Below, piece by piece: positions 19,847-29,317 of a stretch of DNA of 62,850 nt. Every line of letters begins with the position of its first letter. Within the stretch, counting starts at the first letter, position 1. The notes under the pieces are model-generated. The model saw nothing but the letters and a program-made list of their open reading frames with translations, searched no databases and was not told the DNA's origin. Source of the stretch: an uncultured Ruminococcus sp. (GTDB lineage: Bacteria > Bacillota > Clostridia > Oscillospirales > Ruminococcaceae); NCBI GenBank assembly GCA_902797535.1, contig CADBTD010000054.1:1-62850 (forward strand). Direction: 5' to 3'. The translations under genes were made by a program, and so were the position numbers.

Positions 19847-20326
19847 TTATTTTATTAAGTTGCTCAGTGCAGTGTATTCTCGGAGATACATACCTCTTCG
19901 CATCTCGTCGGTGTCGCTGTATTTTTCGTGCTGTGAGAATATCTCTGCTATCTCATCGACGGATATCCATCTCGGCGTCATGCCGACCTCGCTTTCTCTG
20001 TCGGTGAGTGTGATCTCGCATTCTCCCTTAACAGTACCGAAGAAGTATTTGCTTACAAACCTTAAGTTCTCATAATACTCGTTTATTTCAAGCATACATT
20101 CCGACGGTTCGATAATATATCCTGTTTCCTCGGCTAATTCGCGGATACAGCATTCTCTTTCGGTTTCGTCATCTTCAAGACCTCCGCCGGGTATCATCCA
20201 CTGATCTGTCTTTGTTTCATAGGAAAGCAGCATCATGCCGTCTTTTACAACGATACATCTGCATGCTGTTCTTTCTTCATCCCAGTTGCCGAAGTAGTTA
20301 TTGTCTATTATCTCTATTGATCTCAT
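19847..20326 (-). CDS. NUDIX hydrolase
   Basis: Nudix box GGGLEDDETERECCIRELAEETG. Confidence 0.92.
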   Translation of the reverse strand: MRSIEIIDNNYFGNWDEERTACRCIVVKDGMMLLSYETKTDQWMIPGGGLEDDETERECCIRELAEETGYIIEPSECMLEINEYYENLRFVSKYFFGTVKGECEITLTDRESEVGMTPRWISVDEIAEIFSQHEKYSDTDEMRRGMYLREYTALSNLIK

Positions 20327-20344
20327 CTGTATAACCTTATCTTG

Positions 20345-21367
20345 TCATGTCGTGTCTGATGTTTCTTCGCTGCTTTTGTCCGATGGTGAATCGAGCATGG
20401 GTATGTAATCGGGAACTGCTTCAATAATTGTGGTTTCGTTGATTTCATACGATTTGAATGTTGATGGCTGACCATCACTTGTTGCAGGTATTTTTAATTC
20501 AGAACCGTGCGGGAGCGTATAAAGCATTACCGGTCTGCCTGCAGGAACTATAAGACAATTATCATAGTCCTTATCTTTCATGAACTCAGCAAGTTCTTCA
20601 AGACAAAGGCCGTTTTCATGTATCACATAAGCGGCGGCTTTACCGACATATCTGTATAAGGCAGGATCATAAGGCTTTCCTGTGATATTTTCCTTATCGT
20701 TTGGGTATCTTAGTATAAATCCGTATTTATAAGAGTTGTTGACGAACCAGTTATATTGCTTAACAGCTTCAAATTGTCTTGCACCATAGTTTTCATCGTA
20801 GAGTGCAAGATGTATACACATTCCTGTGGACATTTCGCTTATTTCAGCAGGCGATCCTTCAATATAATTACCGTTATGGTCATAATATCCATCAGAACCG
20901 CCTTCCGGGGCAATGTATGCCTGTTCGACCATTATTGTACGCAGTCCGGTCTGATCGTAAAAATCTCCCAGCATTTCTCCAAGAGGATTTAAGGCATCTT
21001 TATAACAAGTCATATTCGTATCTGAAAGGGAAGCTGCTTGAATTCCATCCTTGTTGAATATGGCATTGTATACGGGCAGCATCATAGATTCCGGAAGTAT
21101 ACCGCCGTTGGGTGCAAGCGTTATTTTATCTGATTCTGATACTTCTGTTGTTATATACTGCATGAGCAGCTTATCGCGGTCGATCTTATCTATGCGGCTA
21201 AGTTGAATGTCTGTTGGCTTTTCCGGCATTTTAGTATTTTTCTTTATTTCTTTTTTGTCAATACTAAGGAATATTTTACCGGCAAGCAAAAAGAACACTA
21301 TAGTGAAAAGTATCAGACCGATAGTCTTAAATACCCCTGATGGACCTTTTGTCGCTTTCTGTGTCAC
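20345..21367 (-). CDS. Membrane-anchored M15B (VanY/DacB-like) peptidase homolog with degenerate active site
   Basis: N-terminal TM; WFVNNSYKYGFILRYP-DKENITG-YDPALYRYVG; SEMSTG where SEHxTG is expected. Confidence 0.8.
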   Translation of the reverse strand: MTQKATKGPSGVFKTIGLILFTIVFFLLAGKIFLSIDKKEIKKNTKMPEKPTDIQLSRIDKIDRDKLLMQYITTEVSESDKITLAPNGGILPESMMLPVYNAIFNKDGIQAASLSDTNMTCYKDALNPLGEMLGDFYDQTGLRTIMVEQAYIAPEGGSDGYYDHNGNYIEGSPAEISEMSTGMCIHLALYDENYGARQFEAVKQYNWFVNNSYKYGFILRYPNDKENITGKPYDPALYRYVGKAAAYVIHENGLCLEELAEFMKDKDYDNCLIVPAGRPVMLYTLPHGSELKIPATSDGQPSTFKSYEINETTIIEAVPDYIPMLDSPSDKSSEETSDTT

Positions 21368-21540
21368 TATTTCTTTTGACCTCTCTTTCGGTATTTCTTA
21401 TGTTTTTTACTTAATTATTATACCATATATTTCTCGAAAAGTAAAGTCAGCTGACATAAAAGTTATAATTTATCTCTATTTGATCTTTTATATATTTATT
21501 CGGGTCAAGTAATAATTTTTAGAAGCAAATGAAATAAACA

Positions 21541-21564
21541 CCCATGAACATATTGGTTCATGGG
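21541..21564 (-). terminator. Probable terminator after yicI
   Basis: CCCATGAAC/GTTCATGGG stem with T-rich tail on minus strand. Confidence 0.6.
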
Positions 21565-21572
21565 CGCTTATA

Positions 21573-23915
21573 TCAGAGATCAATTATAATTTCTTCGTTT
21601 TGCGGATCATTTACAGTAAATATCTTGTCAATTGACGATATCTTAACAGTAAATGTCCTGTCTGTCTTTGTATGTCTGATCTTAACTTGATCACCGATCC
21701 TTTCTGATGTTATTTCAAATATTTTTTTGCTTTCGGTATCATAGATCTCCGCTTTAGCGATCTTTCCGTTAACGGGAGAGTATATGACAATTTCACAGTT
21801 ATCCAAATAATCGTACTCTACATCTTTTTCGAATTTGCCGTAAATTATGATACTGTTCTGCTTGGCAAGCGCAGGCATTTCAAAATAGCTGCATTTATGA
21901 GTATACCATTTGCCGCCTTCAAATTCTTTGCCTGTAATTATATCTGTCCATTGTCCCTCAGGCAGATAATATTGTGCGATACCTTCTTCATTAAGAACGG
22001 GAGCACAGAGTATATTATCTCCGAACATATACTGCCTGTCGAGCGTAAGGCACGCGGGATCGTCAGCATGATCTATGACCATAGCTCTCATCATAGGTAT
22101 ACCTGTTTTATGAGTTTTGATCGCCTGTGACCATATATATGGCATAAGTCTTCCTTTAAGTACAGCAAATTCCCTTAATACATCACAGCTTTCTTCGTCA
22201 AACAGCCACGGCACGCGATAGCTCTGATTTCCGTGAAGTCTGCTGTGTGAACTGAACATACCAAAAGCGACCCAGCGTTTGTAGATGTCAGGAGTTGCTG
22301 TTGCTTCAAATCCTGCCATATCATGAGATGTATAACCAAAACCTGATATACACAGTGACAGGCAGCCACGCACTACTTCAGCCATTGAATTATAATTTCC
22401 CGAACAGTCTCCGCCCCAGTGTACAGGGAACTTCTGCCCGCCTGCTGTAGCTGATCTTGCGAACAAGCATGCTTTGTTTTCACCGTAGAATTCCTTCAAA
22501 ACATTGAATACACATTCGTTGTACAGATATGTATAATAATTGTGCATTCCGATAGGGTCTTTTCCATTGAAGTATACGATATCTTTGGTGGGTATTCTTT
22601 CGCCAAAATCAGTTTTGAAAGTATCTACTCCCATTTCACAAAGTTGTCTTAGCTTGTCTGCATACCAGCGGCAAGCATCAGGATTTGTGAAGTCAACTAT
22701 AGCCATTCCAGGCTGCCACTCATCGCACTGGAAAACGCTTCCGTCTGTTCGCTTTATGAAGTAGCCTTTCTCCGCTCCCTCATCAAACAATTTACTTCTT
22801 TGACCTATATATGGATTTATCCATACACAGGTATGGAGTCCTTTTTCTTTATGAAGTCTGTCAAGCATTGCAGAAGGATCAGGAAACTGGCTTTTATCCC
22901 ATTCAAAATTGCACCATTCAAATGACTTCATCCAGAAACAATCAAAATGGAATACTTGCAGTGGTATATTTCGTTCAGCCATTCCGTCGATAAAGCTTGT
23001 TATCGTTTCTTCATCGTATGTTGTGGTGAATGATGTTGTGAGCCAGAGTCCGAACGAAAATGCAGGCGGTAATGCGGGTTTACCTGTGAGAGTCGTATAT
23101 CCTTCAAGTGCATCTGATATCTTATCTCCGCCAAATATAAAGTATTCAAGTTTTTCTCCGGGTACAGTCATTGATACTTTAGATACAGTATCAGAGCATA
23201 CTTCGTAGGATACTTTTTCAGTGCTGTTTACAAAAACACCATATCCTCGTGACGATACATAGAATGGTATGCATTTGTAGCTTTGCTCGGAACAGGTCCC
23301 TCCGTCAGCATTCCATATCTCAACATTCTGACCGTTCTTTGTGAAAGTGGTGAACTTTTCTCCGAATCCGTAGAAATATTCACCGACGCTTGTGTCAAAT
23401 TGTTCTCTGATAAATGTTGTGCGCCGGTCATCAGGATAACTCCAGAACCGGTCGTCTGTCTGCAGCTGCGATCTTGCCTGCTGTCTGAAGTTGCTCTCGA
23501 ATATCACTCCTGTAGAACGCCATCCGCCGCCTGTAAGTAACTTATCTTTATAATAGAATTTAAAGCTCCAGCCCTGTTTTGAGACTATGAGCTTAGTATC
23601 TCCGGAGATCAGTACTGCTTTATCGTCATCTATTTTGACTTCAGGGATACAGTTTCCTTTATTAAGCACAAAATGAGGTGATTTATCTGCATATCCTTTG
23701 TGGTGAACTATACTTACTTTTATGCAGTCTTTCTGTTCAGAGGTATAGCATATCTCCAGATTTGCACCGCCAAGTGTCATGCCTCTGTTTTTGATCTCTG
23801 CAGGAGTGGCAAGCACCTTAAAACCATTTTCAATTGGTGTAATTTCAAAAGCTTGTGCGGCATAGTTTACTTCATATCCTTTTTGATTGAGCCAAAAACC
23901 ATCTGCAAATTTCAT
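21573..23915 (-). CDS. yicI: Alpha-xylosidase, GH31
   Basis: MKFADGFW, GLWLTTSF, HFDCFWM, FKTDFGERIP (nucleophile), VHWGGD (acid/base), SHSRLHG. Confidence 0.95.
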   Translation of the reverse strand: MKFADGFWLNQKGYEVNYAAQAFEITPIENGFKVLATPAEIKNRGMTLGGANLEICYTSEQKDCIKVSIVHHKGYADKSPHFVLNKGNCIPEVKIDDDKAVLISGDTKLIVSKQGWSFKFYYKDKLLTGGGWRSTGVIFESNFRQQARSQLQTDDRFWSYPDDRRTTFIREQFDTSVGEYFYGFGEKFTTFTKNGQNVEIWNADGGTCSEQSYKCIPFYVSSRGYGVFVNSTEKVSYEVCSDTVSKVSMTVPGEKLEYFIFGGDKISDALEGYTTLTGKPALPPAFSFGLWLTTSFTTTYDEETITSFIDGMAERNIPLQVFHFDCFWMKSFEWCNFEWDKSQFPDPSAMLDRLHKEKGLHTCVWINPYIGQRSKLFDEGAEKGYFIKRTDGSVFQCDEWQPGMAIVDFTNPDACRWYADKLRQLCEMGVDTFKTDFGERIPTKDIVYFNGKDPIGMHNYYTYLYNECVFNVLKEFYGENKACLFARSATAGGQKFPVHWGGDCSGNYNSMAEVVRGCLSLCISGFGYTSHDMAGFEATATPDIYKRWVAFGMFSSHSRLHGNQSYRVPWLFDEESCDVLREFAVLKGRLMPYIWSQAIKTHKTGIPMMRAMVIDHADDPACLTLDRQYMFGDNILCAPVLNEEGIAQYYLPEGQWTDIITGKEFEGGKWYTHKCSYFEMPALAKQNSIIIYGKFEKDVEYDYLDNCEIVIYSPVNGKIAKAEIYDTESKKIFEITSERIGDQVKIRHTKTDRTFTVKISSIDKIFTVNDPQNEEIIIDL

Positions 23916-24002
23916 AGGCTGTTACCTCCTGAATTCATATAAAAAAATTAGCGGCAATTAATGCTGACTTTATTCAGGTCGCGTTATATGCCGCTGTAAA
24001 TA

Positions 24003-24030
24003 TTTTATATCATTTTAATGAAAAATGCAA
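24003..24030 (-). promoter_or_regulatory. Sigma-A-like promoter for yicI
   Basis: Minus strand TTGCAT followed by TG-A-TATAAAAT -10 region. Confidence 0.55.
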
Positions 24031-24130
24031 TATAAAAATACTGATTTAAGTCAGTATATTAATATTTTACTATTGCATAAAGTAAATTTTTCTTTTATAT
24101 GTTGAGATCAGATGATAAAATTTGAAATTA

Positions 24131-25366
24131 TCATTCGATCGAAAGGTATTCGTCCGGTATGCAGCTCAGACAATCTTCCATAGCCTCTCTGCTCATGCCT
24201 ATCGCTCCGCTTCGACTGATAAGTTCATCAGTGTATTTGGAATAAGGATAAACCTTGCAGTTTGTCCAGAATTCAGCTCCGGTATCTTCAAAATGTGATA
24301 CCACAGGAATTGCTTTGATATTTTCAAAGCGAACAACTCCGTTGGGGTCTTTTACTATATCAAGATCACCCATGTACCCGACAGCTGATATTGCATCCCA
24401 CATTGTGTGAAAGAAGTTTCCGAGACCGTAATAACAGAATGCTTTACTTCCGTCGGAGCGGTCTATTGTTCCGCAGGTACTTGTACAATGAGCCTGAGTT
24501 CCTATTATAAGGTCAGCGCCCCACTCAGCAAGCTTGGGAGCCATATCTATCTGCTGTTCGTTTAGCTCATGCTTTATTTCTGTACCAAAATGGCAGGATA
24601 CTACAACCACATCAGCCATCTCATCGGCTTTTTTTATTTGACGTTCAATAACGTCCTCTTCTTTCAGATACACAACTTTTCCCGGTCCATCACTTGCTAA
24701 GGAATTACCGTTTGTATGTTCCATATACCCTAAGAATGCAAATGTAATACCATTTACCTCTTTTATTCTGATGTTTTCGGAATCTTCCTCATCTCTGTAA
24801 GCGCCATAGTGTACTACATCCTTGGAATCCCAGTAGTCAAGTGAACTTATGAGACCTTCCGAGCCATAGTCGAGCACATGGTTGTTAGACATTGATATAA
24901 CGTTAAATCCAAGATCTGTGACAGCATCTCCATCTTCGACCGGTGTTGAGAATACAGGATATGTTGAGGCAGGAAAAGCACTGTTTACAAGGGTCTCCTG
25001 ATTTAATACAGCAATGTCGGCTTTCTGTATATATGGTCTAACCTCGTCATACATACTCGAAAAGTCATATTTTTCTCCGCCGCCGAGTTCAAGTGCCTCC
25101 ATGTAAATATTATCGTGTATAAGGTTATCTCCCGCGCAAAGAAAATGCACTCTTGTTTCTGTCTGAGGTTCTGCGTTTGCCTCTGCTGCTTGCTGCTCTG
25201 TTACTGATGTGTATTTCTGTGTCGTTGTCGTCTGTTGTTCCTGTTTCTGAGTGGCTGTGTCAGGTAGTACTTCCTGTTGTGTATGATTCTCATCAGTCAT
25301 TTCTGCACATGAGCAAAAAAGCATTATCGCTGCCGACATAGCAGCCAGGCATTTTTTTCTTAGCAT
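24131..25366 (-). CDS. CapA/PgsA-family metallophosphoesterase-like lipoprotein
   Basis: Lipobox-like LFCSC, Q/T-rich linker, AGDNLIH, NQET, SNNHVLD, SCHFGTE, YGLGNF. Confidence 0.85.
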   Translation of the reverse strand: MLRKKCLAAMSAAIMLFCSCAEMTDENHTQQEVLPDTATQKQEQQTTTTQKYTSVTEQQAAEANAEPQTETRVHFLCAGDNLIHDNIYMEALELGGGEKYDFSSMYDEVRPYIQKADIAVLNQETLVNSAFPASTYPVFSTPVEDGDAVTDLGFNVISMSNNHVLDYGSEGLISSLDYWDSKDVVHYGAYRDEEDSENIRIKEVNGITFAFLGYMEHTNGNSLASDGPGKVVYLKEEDVIERQIKKADEMADVVVVSCHFGTEIKHELNEQQIDMAPKLAEWGADLIIGTQAHCTSTCGTIDRSDGSKAFCYYGLGNFFHTMWDAISAVGYMGDLDIVKDPNGVVRFENIKAIPVVSHFEDTGAEFWTNCKVYPYSKYTDELISRSGAIGMSREAMEDCLSCIPDEYLSIE

Positions 25367-25370
25367 TTTA

Positions 25371-26249
25371 TTACTTCCTTTTGTTTAATATGGTGTAAAC
25401 ATAATTATCAATAGTGCAGTATATTTTTTCTTTGATATCTGAAAATGAAAATTGTAATTGTTTTGCTTTGCTTGTATCTAATGTTGCATAGGCAGGGTAT
25501 CCGTTATATGGAGCAGGTTTCCCGTCAGCTGACAGTATAGCTTTTTTACCGGTGATCTTTTCGATATGATCGATGATCTCAAGAATGGATATATCACCGT
25601 CAGAACAAGCGTTTAATGCACCTGCTGTACCTTTATCAGCAATATGCGACAGAAACAGTCCGGCATCATTTTCATATATAAAGCTGATTCTTGAATCAAG
25701 ATCATCTATATACATTGGTGTGCCGTTGATCACACATTCAACGTAAAACAGCAATCTCTTTGTATAGTCATTTTCTCCGATAACAACAGGATAACGTACA
25801 GCAATGTATTTCTGATCAGGGTATTTTTGTGTGACTGCACATTCGGCCTGACGTTTTATCTCTGCATAGTTTTCTTCACGTTCGCACCATCTGAAAGGGT
25901 ATTTATCAGCAGAAAAATCAGATTCGGCTGTTTTTTTATGGATATTTGTGTATACTGCAGAAGTTGACATTAAGATATATTTCTCACACAAGACATTGTC
26001 TAAAATACGCTTTACATCATTTGAAGAGTATGCGATCTTGTCAATTATTATATCGTAATGCTGTCCTTTTAATGTTTTTATGATGCTGCTTTCATCACAT
26101 CTGTCAAATATTATTCTTGAAACGTTTTTGCCGAAGTTATCTTTGTTATTCCCTCTGGTCGCAATTGTGATGTCATGTCCCTTATTTATCAGATCGATCG
26201 TCATGGGGATCCCGAAATATCTGGTACCGCCAATTATGAGAATATTCAT
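25371..26249 (-). CDS. NAD-dependent epimerase/dehydratase family protein
   Basis: ILIIGGTRYFG Rossmann motif, MSTSAVY, YAEIK (YxxxK); RBS GAAAGGA. Confidence 0.85.
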   Translation of the reverse strand: MNILIIGGTRYFGIPMTIDLINKGHDITIATRGNNKDNFGKNVSRIIFDRCDESSIIKTLKGQHYDIIIDKIAYSSNDVKRILDNVLCEKYILMSTSAVYTNIHKKTAESDFSADKYPFRWCEREENYAEIKRQAECAVTQKYPDQKYIAVRYPVVIGENDYTKRLLFYVECVINGTPMYIDDLDSRISFIYENDAGLFLSHIADKGTAGALNACSDGDISILEIIDHIEKITGKKAILSADGKPAPYNGYPAYATLDTSKAKQLQFSFSDIKEKIYCTIDNYVYTILNKRK

Positions 26250-26396
26250 TTTAATTCCTTTCATTTTCAATGCAAAGTGAGTAATACTGTATCCATAATG
26301 ACATGATAACAAAAGATTTGATCAGGCACATTGAAAAGGATCGTTCAATTTTATTGTACTATTTGAAGAAATTACCATTTTGTATGCGCAAATTAC

Positions 26397-26425
26397 ATTA
26401 TAACACATAGATGATTATAAATCAA
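26397..26425 (-). promoter_or_regulatory. Sigma-A promoter for the epimerase gene
   Basis: Minus strand TTGATT-N17-TATAAT with TG extension. Confidence 0.65.
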
Positions 26426-26584
26426 CATAAAAATGCTCCAAAAATACTTTTCATCATATTTTTTGTCAAAATATTCAAAAAATTCGCAAACATGATGACA
26501 AATCATGTAATTTGTGTTATAATATAAGTACATAAATTGTCATGCCTTGGAAAAGGCTTGATACTGAAAAGGAGGTCAGGCTTT

Positions 26585-27607
26585 ATGAGAATATTTGAAG
26601 AGAAAAGATTTGACAGTTCGGATGACATACACAGATGTTTTTATATTGTTGCACGTCCGGACACTGAACCTAAGGGTATTGTGCAGGTCGTTCATGGTAT
26701 GTGTGATCATATCGACCGTTACAGGGACTTCATGAGTTTTCTTGCAGATAATGGGTATGTAGTATGCGGAAACGATCACCTTGGGCATGGGCTGACTGTT
26801 GATTCAAATGCAGAACTCGGTTATTTTGCACCTGAACGCGGCTGGGAAATGGCGGTAAATGATCTGTTCAGGTTATCCAAGATCATGAGAAAAGAATATC
26901 CTGATATTCCATATTTCATGATCGGCCACAGCATGGGAAGTCTTTTGGCAAGGGCATTTGCAGTAAAACATCCCGGTGTTTGCTCAGGTTTTGTATTCAT
27001 GGGAACGTCAGATGGATTTGAAGCTGATACTTCAGCATTGAAAAAGAAAGGCATATCTCATTTTAAAAAAATTGCTCCCGATCTTCTTGCAGGAGCATCC
27101 AAAAAGAATTTTGGAAAAACCGCAATGACACTGTTGTTGTCTCAGGGTGAAGCAATCAAAGCACTTCGCGGTGATGAAGGATACAGCACACTGCTTGATA
27201 AGCTGGCTTTCAGTAAGTATAATGACCGTATCGAAGATGTGGAAACAGGTTATGAATGGGTATCAAGGGATAAAGCTGTGACTGATGCTTTCAGTGAAGA
27301 CCCGCTATGCAATTTCAGGTTTACAGTAAACGGATATATAAATCTGTGTACTGTGACATATTATGTTACTGATGAACGATGGTATATGCATCTTCCTAAG
27401 GATGTTCCGCTGCTTCTTGTTTCGGGAACCGAAGACCCGGTAGGAAGCTACGGCGATGGTGTAATGAATGTATATAACAGACTGAGGGATTATTGTTGTG
27501 ATGTTTCAATAAAGCTGTATGAGGGTGCAAGGCACGAACTTCTCAATGAACTAAATAAAGATGAAGTATATTCCGATCTGTTGTCGTTTATACGATCTAA
27601 CACATGA
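26585..27607 (+). CDS. Alpha/beta hydrolase (lysophospholipase-like)
   Basis: VHGMCDH, DHLGHG, GHSMGS, SGTEDPV, ARHE; RBS AAGGAGG. Confidence 0.9.
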   Translation: MRIFEEKRFDSSDDIHRCFYIVARPDTEPKGIVQVVHGMCDHIDRYRDFMSFLADNGYVVCGNDHLGHGLTVDSNAELGYFAPERGWEMAVNDLFRLSKIMRKEYPDIPYFMIGHSMGSLLARAFAVKHPGVCSGFVFMGTSDGFEADTSALKKKGISHFKKIAPDLLAGASKKNFGKTAMTLLLSQGEAIKALRGDEGYSTLLDKLAFSKYNDRIEDVETGYEWVSRDKAVTDAFSEDPLCNFRFTVNGYINLCTVTYYVTDERWYMHLPKDVPLLLVSGTEDPVGSYGDGVMNVYNRLRDYCCDVSIKLYEGARHELLNELNKDEVYSDLLSFIRSNT

Positions 27608-27635
27608 TATTTACTGAAGGAAGGTGCTTTGTAAG

Positions 27636-29165
27636 TTGTTCTTTAAGATTAAAAGTTTTGGACTTACCGGACTAAATGCATTTCCTGTCACTGCTGAGAT
27701 AGAAACAAGCCGTGAACTGCCTGATTTCCAGATAATCGGTCTTGGGGATGCTGCGGTAAGAGAATGCCGTGAAAGAATAAAAAGTGCTTTTCGCACAACT
27801 AATCTGCAATTTCCTGAAATGCGTGTCGTAATAAATCTTGCTCCTGCTGATGTTAAAAAGACCGGTACTGTTTATGATCTTGCAATAGCAATGGCGATAT
27901 CGATGACACAGGGATGGCTGAGATCGTGTGATCCGACATCTACTGCATTTATAGGTGAAGTATCGCTGGGAGGAGAGGTCAGAGGAGTACATGGTGTGCT
28001 CCCAATGACTATACTTGCTAAGTCACTGGGGATAAAAGAAATATTTGTTCCTGAAGAAAATGCTGCCGAAGCATCTGTTGTTGAAGGGATAATGGTATAT
28101 GGAGTAAGGTCTTTGAGGCAGATACTTGAACACTTTTCAAATATCAAAAGAATTCCGATTCATCCTGTTTTCAAGCCGAACATATCGGCTTATACATCCA
28201 AATCTGATCTATGTGATATAAAGGGACAGGAATTGGCAAAGCGTGCGCTTGAGATAGCGGCCAGCGGAGGTCATAATATTCTTCTTATCGGTCCGCCGGG
28301 TTCCGGAAAATCAATGCTTGCAAAGGCATTGCCGTCTATATTGCCTAAAATGACGTTTGATGAAGCAATAGCTGCGACAAATGTATATTCTGTTGCAGGT
28401 GAGATAGATCCTGAAAATCCGCTTATAACCGAACGCCCGTTCAGATCGCCGCATCATACGGTGTCATCGGCTGGATTATCCGGAGGAGGAACTATCCCGC
28501 GTCCGGGGGAAATATCACTTGCTCATAACGGAGTCCTATTTCTTGATGAATTTCCGGAATTCAACCGGAATTCACTTGAGATCCTTCGCCAGCCTCTTGA
28601 GGACGGAAAAGTAACGATATCGCGAGCTGCCGGTTCGGTCACATATCCCTGCTCATTCATGCTTGTTGCTGCGATGAATCCATGTCCCTGCGGATACTAT
28701 GGACATCCGACCAGGAAATGTACTTGTAATTCAAAAAAGGTTGCGGCATATCTTGCAAAGATATCGGGGCCTATGCTTGACAGGATAGATATCAATGTAG
28801 AAGCTGCTTCTGTTGATTTTGAAGATCTGTCTTCGGGAAAAAAGGGCGAGCCATCATCAGCTGTCCGTGAACGTGTTCAGGCTGCAAGGGATATACAGAA
28901 CAAGCGTTTCAAAAATACAGACATAACCTGTAATGCCAAGATTACTCCGGATTTGATGGGCGATATATGTGTTATGACAAAACAGGCAACTGAAACTCTG
29001 AAAAAAGCTTTTGAAGCATACGGTATGTCTGCAAGAGCTTACGATAAGGTACTGAAAGTTGCAAGAACTATTGCTGATCTTGACAGAAGTGATATAATTG
29101 ACAGCAAACATATTATTGAGGCGATCGGATACAGGACTCTTGACAAAAAGTACTGGTCACAGTAA
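27636..29165 (+). CDS. comM: YifB/ComM Mg-chelatase-like AAA+ ATPase
   Basis: INLAPAD, GPPGSGKS, PFRSPHH, PGEISLAHNGVLFLDE, AMNPCPCG, LDRID, SARAY; start codon uncertain (27624 or 27636). Confidence 0.9.
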   Translation: MFFKIKSFGLTGLNAFPVTAEIETSRELPDFQIIGLGDAAVRECRERIKSAFRTTNLQFPEMRVVINLAPADVKKTGTVYDLAIAMAISMTQGWLRSCDPTSTAFIGEVSLGGEVRGVHGVLPMTILAKSLGIKEIFVPEENAAEASVVEGIMVYGVRSLRQILEHFSNIKRIPIHPVFKPNISAYTSKSDLCDIKGQELAKRALEIAASGGHNILLIGPPGSGKSMLAKALPSILPKMTFDEAIAATNVYSVAGEIDPENPLITERPFRSPHHTVSSAGLSGGGTIPRPGEISLAHNGVLFLDEFPEFNRNSLEILRQPLEDGKVTISRAAGSVTYPCSFMLVAAMNPCPCGYYGHPTRKCTCNSKKVAAYLAKISGPMLDRIDINVEAASVDFEDLSSGKKGEPSSAVRERVQAARDIQNKRFKNTDITCNAKITPDLMGDICVMTKQATETLKKAFEAYGMSARAYDKVLKVARTIADLDRSDIIDSKHIIEAIGYRTLDKKYWSQ

Positions 29166-29317
29166 ATATTGTGTTAATGTCGATAAAAACGTTTTCAAAA
29201 ATTAATAAATTATTAAAAGTATAAAAAAGACTGGAAAATGCGTCTTGCATATGATATAATATTTTTAGTCGTGAGACTTGACTAACTTATGCAAAATCTA
29301 TTATGAGGTGATCTATA

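Noticed and set aside
24038-24057. Palindrome ATACTGATTTAAGTCAGTAT as a yicI operator
   Set aside because: Equally explained as the terminator of the upstream capA-family gene, since a T-rich tail follows on the minus strand; left unassigned
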